Part shown: one piece after another, positions 13,728-27,800 of the stretch | How the letters are laid out: each line of letters starts with the position of its first letter | Numbering within the stretch: position 1 is the first letter of the stretch | Assembly: GCA_002633005.1 (NCBI GenBank) | Contig: NMRA01000474.1 | Location: 186,001 to 250,000, forward strand | Reading direction: 5' to 3' | Origin: Phoronis australis | Lineage: Eukaryota; Animalia; Phoronida | Length of the DNA: 64,000 nucleotides | Program-made: the position numbers and the translations under genes | The notes under the pieces: model-generated | Databases searched by the model: none | What the model was told of the DNA's origin: nothing | The model's input: only the letters and a program-made list of their open reading frames with translations

Positions 13728-15506
13728 ATAATTAACTGACAACTAACATCTAAACCGGAAATCGTTCCACGATGACGTGTGCATTAAGTTGAACTCTGGA
13801 GGCAACCATTTTTCGAGAACTAACGACTAGTCGGCTGTAGTCACCGGGTCATTAGAATAGCTGGTAACGGACAAACAAAACAGGCAACAATTTTATGTGG
13901 AACGGGCCCCAGATATTCTTAGAAAAACACAGTGATTTAAAGAGGTCCCAACATGCATTTTCTTACTTTTTCAGGTTTCAGTTAGCTAATATGAATCGAA
14001 TACCATAAAATCTTAATAAATAGGCACTTTTTATGCCAAATAATCGCAAATTTTTTAACTCTTGAAGAAAAAATTACTTATTTCTAAGTTTCCCGCCAAA
14101 TGATGCAATGGGTGGAAGACGGTTGGCCGCTTGACAATCATTTGCAATGTCGGAACACTGCACGTCAGAAGACAAGGACGATATTGGGCGAGATTTGGAC
14201 AATCATTATGCATACAGAGAGGAGAGTGGATACGGGCATCACACTCAAGTACTTGAAGAATCAGACAATGATGAATTCAATTTCCAATTTAGCGAACTTT
14301 CGTCGGCTTTGACTGCCAGTGGAGGCCGTATGAACTCGACCCACTTGCACCGAGATATGCTGCAGACATAATACGTGAGCCACAACCAATTCAACCACGT
14401 GCTGGTCAATACTCACACTTAATTACTGACAAAGGCCACAGCAAACCTGGGTTACTGGTATTCACTATTGCCATGACGGAATGAGCACAGTCTAAACACA
14501 ATATGCATAAGCCTACTTGTAGTAGCACTCGATCTGGGCCGGGGTCCAGGGTCTGGCATCACTCGTCCTAGAATGGAAGCAGTGGGGTTATTTACAAAAT
14601 TTGCAAATGCAGTTACTTGGTGGCGAGTCCTTCATTGTAAGTACGCCGCTTATGTGTGTGGTCGAAACACGATTCTTTGAAATGTGTGTGGCTGACACTC
14701 CACACTCTCGTTCGACGCACAATCATGAGCGGCGCAGCACTGAAAAAAGTGGGGGGCTAAAGCCCCCCCCTCCCAGTCCCCCTGTGGTGCACTAGACCAT
14801 AGGCGGCTTAGCACTGAATTACTGCATTAGCGATGACTCCAAGGCACCAATACACTAGCAGAAATAAGCCAAACTATCGTGGACTAAAACTGGTGTTTTT
14901 TATCAAACTTTCCTCCGAAAACGAATTCTGTGTGAAAATGTTGTTACTGTCGTTTTTGATCGAAGAAATACGATAAATATTAGCCAAATACAATGCCATT
15001 GTTGTGCATACCAAGAGAAGTGTGTTTACTGTAATGCCAGATACAAAATTGGATTATAATCTGTGAGCGTCAACAAAAGATTGCAAGAACGCTTTAACAA
15101 TAAAAAAACTTGTTACCTAATCTTGGAAACTCTTTTCGTTTGGAGTTGAAACTGTACGCTGTACATTTTGACTATACCATAAAACTTCTCATGTTAAAAA
15201 TCATGGAAAGCACATAAGGACACATCTATAAATTCAACTTGATACAATTGATAAAATTTCATTCACACAATCCGAGAAAGAAGACGTTAAGTGTGTGAAC
15301 CGCTTTCCTCCATGTGACAAATACCATGCAAACTCATGAAATATGACGTCACTTTCGTAAAATGTAATAATGGTACATTTCTCGCATGTGGATTCGACGT
15401 AAAATGTAACAATTACACAAGAGAGGCTTAGCAAAGTAAAATGTAACAACGACATAAAATGTAACAGTTGTAACTGTACGAAATTGTTACTTATACGGCG
15501 TATCAC
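12785..15506. mobile_element. Candidate ~2.7-kb non-autonomous TIR transposon with ~170-bp TIRs built from TGTTACATTTTACG subterminal repeats
   Basis: The left end (CTG(A/T)TACGCC...GCTAAGCCTCTC...CATGCGAGAAATGTACCATT) at 12785-12955 is mirrored at 15340-15506. Both ends are flanked by TGCA (12781-84, 15507-10). The left end is also copied at 10531 by the tandem duplication. Confidence 0.6.
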
Positions 15507-16635
15507 TGCACGTGTATTTTGGATGCGGAAAATCTAACACCGGAAGAACTGTACCTACAAATTACAATTGACTCGGTGCAGAAGCTCAAAAGTCTCTCAA
15601 ACTTAATAAAATCATCCAGAGTCGTAAGATGATGAGCCGCAAGCTGCACATGTAGTCTCAATTTACATAAATTATGCTAATTTACGGTATAATGACCTGC
15701 ATACAGATTTGATAAATACGTTGACCACAAAAGCATATTTTGTTCAAATAGCAAAAAATCATGTGGCGCTCAGAAGAAGAATACCATTAGCAGAAATAGA
15801 ATTTGAAATTGCATTATTTCTATAAAAATGGTGGTCATTAAGTTCATGAATTATGCAAATTTACCATACAATAACCTGCAAACCGGGATTCGGAACAAGA
15901 AAAATGGACACAATTATGAAAATTATTAGCTTGTGTTGCCTAATACCAGCACCAACTTCAATTAGGGGTGCCTTAATTTGCACTAAGCAAATTCTCAATG
16001 CATTCATCTACCTCAAAAGCAGGTACGTTAGCTACTAAGGCGGCGTGCCGTGGCCGAGAAAAAAAAGCAATTGGAAGCCCAATTTGCATAATTGCAGGAT
16101 TAATTTGTATACTTTAAAAAATGCTTAAGATTTTCATGATTACAACTCAGCTAAAATGCTCAGGAGCCTAGAAATCAAACAACTACAAAAATTATATTTC
16201 AAAACATTTTTAGCATGCTCCAGTGCCGTGTACCGGCCACCTCTCCGTCATGATGCATGGGATCTGCTATGTGTAGCTGCCACGTGTAAAATACTCAAAC
16301 ATCAAAACTATATTTGCTATTTAAAGCCACGTCAAATCTGTGTTTTCTGCCAAACCAAGCTTTGATTTATTTGCCGGTTGTGAAGTTCCGGCTTCGAGTA
16401 CTGAGCGCCGCAGCCCGATGAGCAGTGGGACAACGCTAAGTCAATGGTGGGTTTGTTACAGTAACTTGTTTAGACATTAACGTCATAAATTTTCAGGTCA
16501 GATCATTGTAAGCTTGATTACCCTCTGACACAGCGCCACCTAAACTACAAAGTTTCGTTTAGCACTGTGATAGAGTGTAGCTTGATCCAAGAAAATAATG
16601 AACTGTACGGGCTGCCAAACTGACCTGATGAACAT

Positions 16636-16795
16636 ATGGGCGGCGCACCATAGGGGGCTGGGGGGGGGGGNGGGGGGCTATAGCCCGCCCACGACTTTTT
16701 CAGTGCTACGTTACACATGGTCTACAGGCGATGTACCACAGGGGGGCTGAAGGGGCTTTAGCCTGCCCACATTTTTCAGCGCTGCGCCGCCCATG
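16636..16795. mobile_element. Short G/C-tract MITE with (C)ATGGGCGGCGCA termini; relatives at ~9352-9450, ~11598-11702 and ~14723-14806
   Basis: Terminal inverted repeat ATGGGCGGCGCA...TGCGCCGCCCATG with internal poly-G/poly-C hairpin arms; several related copies in the window. Confidence 0.65.
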
Positions 16796-17814
16796 CAACA
16801 AAGTTTTTTTTTCTGTTGGAAAGCGTTATTTTTAGCCTCTTTAATAAAATGAATCATGTGCCTCTTATTATAAAAATCAATCCTAATTTGAAATTTCATG
16901 CTATGTTATGAATTCAATCATGTTTAGAAGATCCAGTGTGCAAAGCAAAAGGCACTGAACTGATATAAGCTCACAGTCACCGATTTTCTCGAACAACCGT
17001 CGGCGACCAGCCGACCTCTCTAGTTCCCTGCGTACGTGTAGAGAACACGCTGTCATGCAGCAGTGGAAGATCTACGTTTTCAGTACAGGGGCGCTTAGGC
17101 TTGGCGCGAATCCGTTCAGAGGCGCGTAGCGCCGAGCGGAGGAACGGTACGTCAGTGATCGGATCGAGGGGATTTCCCTCCAACCGTGCAAGATTTTTTT
17201 TGCTTTTTAGTACCTGGTTTCGTTTTTCTGGGGATTGTATTTAAATTTTATTTTTGATCCTTTGCCAAGGGAGGATGAACCCCCGAACCCCCCAGCGTAG
17301 ATCCACCTCTGTGTATACAGCAGCACGCTTTTATCACTGGTTGACCTCAGTCGGCGTCATTGGTTTACAACGAAGTAAGAAAAAGCGGACTGTGAACTAC
17401 GTACGATTTTAGCCATGTTATGCACGTGGCGTAACAGCAACTATCTCGTTTCTGCAATAATGTTTAACAGCCGCGTGCTTGAGTGATGCACATACTACTA
17501 TGTACAACTGAAGAAACTGTCCACGGTTTGTTATTCATCATTGTGTGAATACAGGACAGCAACGTAAAAAAAAGTCAGCGACATTTGAAAATGTATCCCA
17601 CCGGAAAAGGCACAACCACAATTTTCTGAGATTCCAATTTCTTGAACATGAATTAAGCACCGATCGGATTTGTATGTACAACTTCAGTGAAGTTGTACAT
17701 ACAAATCCGATCGATGTGAGGTTATGGTTGTACCTCCGAGGTACAACCATGACATCACAGACCATCACAGTCATGCTAGTTCGTTTGCGTAAAGCGCTAT
17801 CTGTTGAGAATTCG

Positions 17815-17989
17815 ACCAGCCAATCAGAAACGCCGGTGCGCCGAGGATCTAGATAGCCATGCCTACCACTCAGCGACAGGAAACCAGCGAGCCAGTTATC
17901 GCGCCAAGAAGGACAAGAGTGACGTGGAGAGACGAAATTCCGATCTTCTTTTCTATTGAAGCCTTCCGTTTAACCATAATGAGTTACAG
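17815..17989 (+). promoter_or_regulatory. Putative promoter (CCAAT box) and 5' leader exon of the SLIMP-like gene, containing a uORF start
   Basis: GCCAATCAG at ~17819, CpG-rich sequence, GCCATG at 17859 and a CAG|GTAC donor at 17989/17990. Next acceptor is TTCAG|G at 18786. Confidence 0.55.
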
Positions 17990-18825
17990 GTACTTTCTAT
18001 AGAACGAAGCTGTTACGCAGATTTTCTGTACTAGGGCGATATTGTTGAACCAACCGAATTTTTGTCGGTTATGTTAATGGGAGGAATTCACATAGGGGTG
18101 TAGAATTGAAACCTACGCAAGGCCTTACTTATTCCAGCCTAAATCACGTGCTCTCATTTGAAATACACGGCAATATCTCACGTAATCTCGCGAAGTCTTG
18201 CTTTTCAGCGATGTCGAACAATAGTTATTGTACTCTTCTCGGCTGGTTTAGGAGGCACTGACCAGTTCTCATAGGGATTTGCCTATCAGAACACACGTCA
18301 ATGGACTCCTCACCCTTTCTTCACTCTGTCAAAAACTACATGCAAGTAAAGAAAAGTTTTGAGTCATTTCACATCACAAGCTTCTTGAAGAAGAGTGCAG
18401 CTACAGCTGAGAAAGTGGCCTTTTTTATTCTCAGCATTTTCACAAATGCAAACAAACCACATTCACTGAGCCTACATGCAATGTCCACCTACGAAATGCC
18501 CCCAAACTTAGCCTACCCCAAAATTTTAATATTTTGGCAGTGCAAATTAGCCGCGGCCGCAGCCTAACAGTGCCACCTTACGATTTGCGAATTGCGGGTT
18601 TCAAAGAAATTTGGAATGTGTGACCTTGTGGCTGGCTATAAGTAATCCTGCATTTTTAAGTTTCTAAATTATCTAAATTTCTTAACCCAACTTTACGTTG
18701 AAATTTCAATGCAGATGTCTGAACATATACGTATAATAAGCACATCCTCCTCAGGAATTTACAGGAAGTTCTCCTTTTCCTTCAGGTGAAAGCCGGTTCA
18801 ACGGCTATGTATGCTATAGTCATGA

Positions 18826-21800
18826 ATGGCACTAGGTTGGGTTTGACATGGACATACGTATACAAGTGGGCTCCAGCTGTACTCATGGTAAGAGACTTAT
18901 AGTGCAAGACTAAAGTAATCGAACAAAATTCAGTTTTTCCTTCATGGCGGCTGACTCTGTTACCAGCAAAAATGCCTGTTAATGACTTACGAAGGCAGCA
19001 TAATTCTAATTACAAAATGGCCACCGTACCAACTTTCCTGTTGATTCCTCTTTATTCTCAGTCACAAAAGTTTCCTCTCCAAGAGAAACCTAATAACACA
19101 TGTTCTTGTATTGAATGTAATATTGTTTGACACAAGCTTAAATAGACTGATCCCTATCTTGAATATTCATATCACCATGGGAACACATGGGCTGTTCAAG
19201 GTGCACATGAACTCTTATCCAGTTTGAATCTTCTGCTGTGGAAAACAAAGGCAAACTCGTGTTGTATGACGTAAAGGTCAGCACTCCACGCTAAGCTTAA
19301 TGCCAAATCGCATTTGACGACCTGGCAAAATCCCAGGTTGCCAAACAAAATCTGAGGTTGTCAAAACTAAACATCTCAGGCAGGCTTATGAAGTCTGTGG
19401 TTGCCGATGTAGCACAGAAATCGTTGATCAAAAGGAGTTTGTACGGTTTACCATGCACAGGGCATTTCCAATTTCTCCCCGAAAATATACATTCATTTTA
19501 TTACTGAATTCCTCCCGCCAGCAAACAAACATAGTAAAAGAGACCCTTGCATAAATTGATAGCGCATATTTGACCGATTTTTGCTGGAACTATTACGACT
19601 TCGGTCTGTTTACTTCCTATTGTAGATTAAGCGCTTTTGATGTGGACTGACTGTTGTGGTGGCAAATGCACTGTTTTCATGAAATAAACAGAGCAATTGT
19701 GAATCAAAGGTAATGAATCTAGTAAAACTGTTTATAAGTTTGGTAGTTAACACGAACTTTGAAACGAGATTTTCCTTCAGGTCGCCAAACACTATCTGAG
19801 GTCGCCAAATCGAGCACTGCTCAAGGTACATGATGCTGGGGTTATTTAACATGTCTCAGCGTTCCATTTTGGTGTTGGGTTGAGAGTCTGGCAGTGGATG
19901 AGCGAGCACAAAATTTGGTACCGCTTTTTATTACAGAGACATTGTCACAGCCATGCCAAATCCCAAGGTCGTACAAGGTCATGCCTGTTTGTCTCCGATT
20001 CGCTTGGCCAGCACACGTCATTGGTCAGTGTTGACCTTGATTTGGAAAGGAGGCTGGTGGCAGAAGGTCATTTGCTGAAGGACAACCTACGCGCTCGAAG
20101 AATTGTTGATATTGATGTCGATAAACTGGTAAGAGTCTTATGTTCATGGGAGAGATGGTTTGATGATTCCTGCGTTTGTTTTCAGTTGTTGGCAACAGCC
20201 TCTCCTTCAGACAAAATTTGTTGGACACACACCAGTATGGAAATATTGGTGTCATTTTAGTTTTCTTATGTCTCTTGGCTGCCTGCTTCGTTGTCACAAG
20301 TGACTAAAGGACTGTCAAAGATGCAGAGAGCTTGAGTGACTTTCGTTGAAAATGATTAATCATGAACATTTTTGTATATTCCATGCACGCATAGGGGGTG
20401 GGGTGGCTCAAATGAGCCTCCCCCTTCGTCGAAGAGGGCAAAAAGATCTGAAAAAGTAGAAGACGAGACAAAAGTCCACTACCAAAATTCGGCGAATGCA
20501 CAATTCATAGCTCTGAACGTACCCCGTTTTTTTAGTAAGAGTTCCACATTCTCAAAAATTCGAGCCCCCCCCCCCTATTTTTTAGGCTGGATGCGCTCCT
20601 GTGTTCAGCAAATTTATGAATTTCAAAAATCTGGTTTGAAAACTAATTTTGTAGAGCCTCACCATTTGGTATTAGCTGTACTGTCAATCATATGGGACTG
20701 GTTGCACGAGGGTTAACACAAACTAACCTTTACTTCTCTCTCCTGCCATCGTTGAGCAAACTATTGACCTATTGCAAGCTCCGCCCCCTTGCGAAATGCC
20801 GACAAACCAGAAGTTTTACCCAACAATGTGTTTTTTGTCTGGTAAAATGTTGGCGCGGAAACGAAGGTGTGTCAGGAATGCTATGCTCTGATTGGTCAGT
20901 TCAGCGGTCCCTCAAAATCTAGTGATAGGTCAATTAGCAATACACAACAGTCGTGTTTTTGTTGTTAGGTGCATTTGAAATTCTCAGTGGAGACATTTCT
21001 CTTTTAAAGTTCAGAGTCTGTTTCACGAAAGTGAGAAAACAGAGAAATTTGGTCTTGCACTGCCACTTAACAACTACTGAAAAAAGGTTCACACTTAGAG
21101 ATAATTTCTATAAATTTCTATAAATTATCTCTAAAGCTAGAAACTATATGGATAAGCTTAAATGAGATTGTTTTGCGTTAAATTTCCTATGTTTTTAACT
21201 GACAGGAAGCAGAAAACGTTTCTTTAATAGCATTTTTTGCCAAATTGTCTCATTGGAAAATGTGCTGTTGGAAAATTGTGCTGTTATAAAATTGAGCTTT
21301 TATTAAATCCTCTGAAAAGATCACTTCCCAGACTGTGGCTCAAACACGCTACTTTCTGCTCACCCTGTAGATGCTTTAATCCACTGAGCTACCAACACCA
21401 CGGGTTGATTACGTATATCTAAATAAAGTATGTAACTATCAAACTACAGGTTGAAGACTACAAAAAAATGGCGGCACTCAGAGCTGCAAAGGATGAGCTG
21501 TTGGTGAAGAAGAAAAACAACGCCAAGAATATGAAGGCTCTTCTGGCTTCAAAGAAAGTATGTGATGCGCACGTGAAAGTGTGATGTATGTGTAAGTGTA
21601 TGTGATGTACGTGTAGAAGTAAGTGATGTACGTGTAGAAGTAAGTGATGTACGTGTAGAAGTAAGTGTTGTACGTGTAGAAGTAAGTGATGTACGTGTAA
21701 GTGTATGTGATGTACGTGTAGAAGTAAGTGATGTACGCCTAAAAGTTAAGTGATTTATGTGTAAAGGCATGTGGTGTACGCCTGAAGGTATTTGGTGTGC

Positions 21801-24800
21801 ACGTGAAGGTATGTGGTGTGGGCGTGAAAGTATACGATGTACGCAGAAAAGCATATGATGTACACATGAAAATCTGCTTTCTGGTTAGCCTTTGTACAAA
21901 ACTTGCAGCTTTGGAATGGCGTGGGTAAAAGGATGGTCAAATAAAATATATCAAAGTGAATGTCACTAAAAACTTCACTATTCCTCGAGTAAACTGAATG
22001 TGTTAACAGTACTAAAAATTGCCATTTTGTCATTATTCTGCTGCTAAATTTGTGGAGCGACTTTCTACACTATGAAATAGAGCATCACTCATTGGTCAAT
22101 TTTTTATTTCGCCGTTTCTTTTGTCAACAATTCTTCCAAAGGGTTGCCTACATTTCACAACTGTTGCAAATTATCTTAATTGGTTTTACTTGATGTTACT
22201 GTATTTTGTTACCTTCAATCAGAGTCTCTGCTTGGTAATTGTGATTGTAAAGCCAATATTATTGAATTTCTGTTGAATTTTCTAATTACATTCTTTTAGC
22301 GTAGTTTTTTTTTGGTTTACAGGAGGTGTCTGACAGCCTTGACCAGCAGAAGCAAGCCTTTGTTGAGAAAGGCGCTTCTATTAAACAGGAAATCAAAAAT
22401 ACGACTGTAAGTATAATATGAACTTAGTAGTCTAAGGAGAATAATGAATTGACTATTGAGTGGAAATCTGGTGCATGTGGAGAACTTTTTGGCTGCATTA
22501 TATTCCCTAAGTGCACATAGGTAGACTTGCTGCTGGATTTTAGCCAGGAGTTCAGAAATGGGACGTCCGAAATGGGTTTCCCAATTTCGTAGCGCGTCTA
22601 TATCCATTGAGACTTGGCTGCATTTTTATGACCCCAAGCAAATACCTGTTGGCTGCTGTGAAGACGCGTTTCACAATTTTTTTAACCCACCGACAAGTTG
22701 CAGTGGTCATTACCAGTCATGACTGTAGCCCAGATTTGTCCAATCATTTTTGATGTGCACTGTACTAGTTGATGTTTTTTGCAGAGACATCTGTGGGCGG
22801 TTGAAGACACCGTGATGTCCACTTGCATCAGACTGCCTGCTGAATTACATCCCTCCACAGTGAGTGAATTTTGCCAATTCTCTCAAATTTCAGTTCACGA
22901 TATGGACAAGACTGTGGTTATACGTACTACAAACAGGTTTCGTTAAGTAGTACCAGTTTCTTTGCAAGTATGGTGAGATTAAGCGAGGTCACATGGTCAC
23001 CTTAATTGCAAAATGGCCACTTCTGATGCAGAAGTAACTGTTTGGCATGGGTGGAATATTGAATTTTACTAGTAAACTGTACTATTTCCATGATATAACC
23101 CAAAATTCCTTGGGACAAGTGTGTTAAGAGAGTTTGGGTACACGGAGAGGAACAGTTGTCTTATTGTGAGACTGTCTTACCATGGGAATTGGCTTTGATT
23201 GAATGATACTTTGGTAATGCAGAAGACAGTATTGTGAAATGATTAGGATTGCCTACCAGAATAACACAGCTCTTGAACATGGCTTACACTCTTGAACACA
23301 ACTTATGGACCCCTACACTCAGTTAACTGACTCACGAACACAGTCCTGCCCTCACAAAACATGGCTCATGCACCCAAAAAGCTTGGATCTTGAATCACAA
23401 ATACTACACTCGCACCTGTAAACACGGATCACCGACTCTTCCCAAAGTCACTCGGACGATCCTTAGTCATGTGTGTGAGTGAGTTGTGTTTTTTAGGTGC
23501 ATCAGCAGTGTTTTATGAGTGCGGGTCCATTTTTGAGAGTTGTTGACACAAGTTAACATGTCTGTTAACCGTTTTCATATGCGTGTTTCGACAACCTGCC
23601 CTTGTGTCTGCCGTTCTACATTCTTTCGGCTTAGTATTGTGTTCTGGGAAGAGATGCAGTCAACCTGAAGTGAACAATTGAAGGGTGTGTCCCAACACGG
23701 ACTCCAATTCATGTGCCGATGACAGTATGTTCAAATACCCAAATTGGGGAAAAATCAAAACAAAAGCGTCAGGTAGTAATTGAAGGGACTGCCTCTGTGT
23801 GGAGATTCGTTTTAAGTCTCGTACTGAGACCTTTTCTTTTTCTTTTTTGGTTATGGTACTTGTCTTCTTGAACAGTGAGAACTGTTGAGGAATTGTTTAG
23901 GGCAGCATATGCAGCAGGAAATTGTATTCTTTCTTTTTTCCACTCAAATCTAACCGACCTGCTGTTTCAGCCTGAAGTGGAAGTGGTTATTAAAGAAAGT
24001 GGTGTAGACCCAGTGTTACTTGAAAGGGCAGCTTGTGCTAGTCATGTGGAGACATTGACGAATAGTGGACTTCTGCAATTGAGGTAATTTGTTGTTTTGT
24101 ATTGAATAGCCGAGCTCAAATTTTAATCCATAATATATGGAGCGCTTTATGCTTAATAGCTATATGCCAAATCGCATTCGGCGACCTGGCAAAAATTGTG
24201 GGTGGTCAAACGAAACCTGAGGTCGCCAAAATTGAATTTCACGAGCGTTCAAATCAATTTCGAGGTGTCTTATCCGGCGTATAAAAATTCGTCGACCAAA
24301 AAAATGTCGAACAACTGTAGCACCACCCACTCCTTTCCGATTTCTACCGTAAATGTTAAGTGTAGGCGTACCTTCATTCTTTGACTGAAGTCTTAATGCT
24401 GGTGAACAAATATAGAATGCATATGACTGCATGAACTGCTGGCACGTATTTCGCCGATCGTGCTTCATTTTTACTGAACAATTCCGACTTCTGTCCATTT
24501 ACTTCCTGTTGTAATTTAAGCGTGGTGGCAAATGCGGGATTTCCCGAAATCTCTGCAACGATTGTGAATCCAAAGGTAATAAGTCTAGTTTGGAAGTCTA
24601 CACGAACTGTGAAACGAATTTAGAGGGAATTATTGCCTGACTTTGGTACTCGTAGCAGCGACTTCGTGTCGACTTGGAATTTTTCTCAGGTCGCCAAACA
24701 CTATCTGAGGTCACATTAGCGACCAAATCGAGCGTTGATGTGTCTTGGTGTCAATACAGTCATATAGTGAGTGTAAAGTGAATGCTAACTGACTGTTTTA

Positions 24801-27800
24801 AAAGCAATCTAAAAGAGTTTCAAGATGGCGGTGTATTGTTTCTTCAGTTACTTCAATTTAGACAAATTCGTCGCTAAATCATTTGTCCAAAAATGCTACA
24901 GGAGTTTTCTGCAGACTAAGATTTACATATTCATATAAACTCCAACCTGTGGGGATAATTTTTTGCCTATGTTGTGTAATTACTGTGACTTGGTTTCAAG
25001 TTCAACAGGTGCGATAAAGCTTTGATATCCTCATACACCCAATCGTGTATTTGTCCAAGTAAAAGCCTGGACATGTGTTTGGTTTCAACTTCTCGTCTCT
25101 AGTATTTTCTGAATGATCGCCCCTGGCTTGTGTGCGTAAAACTGATAGCAGATTTCAGAACACAAGTTTGATGGACTCAGTTTTGTTCCGACTGCAACTT
25201 CTGCTGTAAACAAATTACTTGCAGTGTTCTCCACGACCTGTTTTGACTCGACACGGTAACGGGTTTGTATTTTACCGTGTTTGGGGAAAGCGCGTCAAGT
25301 TTAAAAATTGCCGCGCCAAGTTTCAAACCTTGGCTGGCGTGGTACTTCAGCCCTCATCATCTAGTTTGAGCCTGATTTTACCAACAGTAAACGTAGTTCA
25401 CTTTACCAAGAGGCCGTTAACAGTATACGGTATTCGCCGTAACATGGTGCCCGGGGCCCTTAGTAAAATTTGTTTCGGGGGTGGCGCTTATTGTAACCCA
25501 AGATGATTAAAACCCGGTCTCCGAAACGGGTGAAATCGGAAGCTAGGATTCATCAAATTTACGCTATGTGATGTATCTACAAAACGGTGGTGCATTGCTA
25601 TCAAACTTCGTTGATAAATTACGATAATTTTACAGAAAATTGTGCTGAAATCCCTGGGCAAAAACTCGTCGATGCGCCGCTGCCTCGCAATCGACGATAG
25701 GGCAGCTTGAATAAAGTATAGTTTCGACTCAACAAATTACCTGAAATCCTCACTTAAGTTTTCCAAGTAGCGTCCCTAAGATTTTAAGTTCCTGTGGAGT
25801 TGGTATTAAGAACAAGATCCATTTAAATCTGCGTAAGTTCGTACCCAGCAACATGAGAAAAATGGAGGAACTCACATGTCGTAGTCACTTTTTGAAGATT
25901 GTCTGCATGTGTCGGGGAGCGAGCGCGTACGTGCCATCAGTGTTCGTTTGCCTGAGTAAACACAATGTAACGATTTAGGCGTGTATTATAACTAAAGAAA
26001 TAACACAAGCATTATCCCGAGAACGCGTTTTATTCAGCAATTGGTGGTCACATGTACTATTAAAACGTGGGAGGTAGAGCCTAAAGCCAAAAGTCATTGA
26101 GTCGACGGGAAACTCTGGGGCGGAGGTGTCCACTATGAGTTGTTCATGTTATTAGGTACTTTACTTTAAAAACACTTATGAATACATTAAAAAGGCATTA
26201 ATAAAGCAATCTCTCTTAAAAAATAACATAACAGTTTTTACGGCATTAGAAACTTTCTGAAATAAGTGCCATTATATTTCTAGCCGATGTGCTACCCGAA
26301 AACTAATGTCTGCGATGACAAGTGACCCGTATGTAGCACGCGCTTCCTGATCACATGCTTTTAACAACAACTTTTTTATTCATCAGACCGTCGTCAGCTG
26401 AACGGGCACTTCGAGCACAATTCGCGGTTTTCACGTGTAGGCCCTACAAAGTGTCAAAAAGTATGTCACACCTGACCAAGTTCAGTGTACATTTTTGAAA
26501 CGTACATAAATACCTCCAGTGGAGACGTGAAGGCTCGAGGAAAGATAGTGTTGACAACTGATATTGAACTCTTGAAATTTGCGTCGAGTTTGGAATTGGT
26601 ATTGTGGAGAACACTGTAATATCTGATGAAGTGCTTTCCGACAACCACGAGGTTGTGTTGTGATTATCTGATGCATTCAAATTAGAACAAAACTTTAATT
26701 TTGAAATATATAAGGAAGAATTTGAACTGTTAAGGGTCATGATTGGTTTTAGGGCTGAAAATGCAATTTTTGTGGATTATTGTTGGATGGGATAGACTTT
26801 TTGAAGCTAGTGTTAGCTTAGACCAGAATGATAAAATAACAAAATCTATTGTGTTTTTGCGCTGTTATTAAAAATTGTCATTTCTTATCACTGTGTGTCG
26901 GACATTCGCTGATATCGATGCTGGTGTCTTTTCCGTTTTAAAGTAGGTTTAAATAATTGGTTGATTCACGCCAAGGATTTGACTCATGGGGGAGAGGGGG
27001 GAGGGGAGGTAAAGCCTTCTAAGTGCAAAGCTAGTGTTTCGCTCCTACACTACCCCTTATTTATCATCAAAAATGTCCCTTTGATTTTAGAAACTCAAGT
27101 TGACAGGTATGACTCTGGTCCTTTGGATTGTTCATTCTAGAATGTTCTCTCATTGCCTTCCATTTCAGTCCTGCCAGTCCTTCAGGCTACTTCCTCTTGG
27201 GTCCTTTGGCGGAGAAAGAACTAAGTCTCGTTCACACGTGCACACAGATGTTACTGGAACAAAACTTCACCCCGTTTACATGCTCAGATATCTTCAAAAC
27301 ACTGGTCGTGGTGAGCACTTGATTTCTTTTGCCAGTCGCAGCATCTCTGTATTAGTGTTGATTTTTGGTTAAATCGACGGGCAGTCACGTAGCTATGGAA
27401 ACGAGGATTTGTCCTGGCACCTAGCTGATTATGCGAATACTTGATTGAGAGTCACTTTCATCTATTATCTATATGTGATCGTGAAACGGAATGTTAGTGT
27501 TGCTTATTTTGTATATTACATCTTATTTCAACAATGGCCAGTTTAATGAAAAGGTCCTAGACAGGGAACCAACTAATACGTTTTCTAAGTTTTCACTGTG
27601 GATTTATCCAAACAGTGGTTGTTCTGGTGTCCTCTTTTCATTGCAGTCAGTTTTTAGCTATCGAGAGTAAAGGCCATGTTGAATTCTTGATACTTTTGAT
27701 TGTGAATTGATATCTTTTCATGCCAGATTCCTTATATGAGGACCAAGTCTCCTTTTATTTCCATTGGATTTAGAGCTCAGTTTTGTTAATGAGGGGCAGA

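Noticed and set aside
22785-22859. In-frame TGA (possible Sec) in a SLIMP exon
   Set aside because: The TGA is in an alternative frame; the phase-consistent frame RHLWAVEDTVMSTCIRLPAELHPST is open.
23875-23970. 5' extension of the SLIMP exon suggested by ORF 23875-24087
   Set aside because: It contains a pyrimidine tract, a CTAAC branch point and the TTTCAG acceptor; phase fits a start at 23971.
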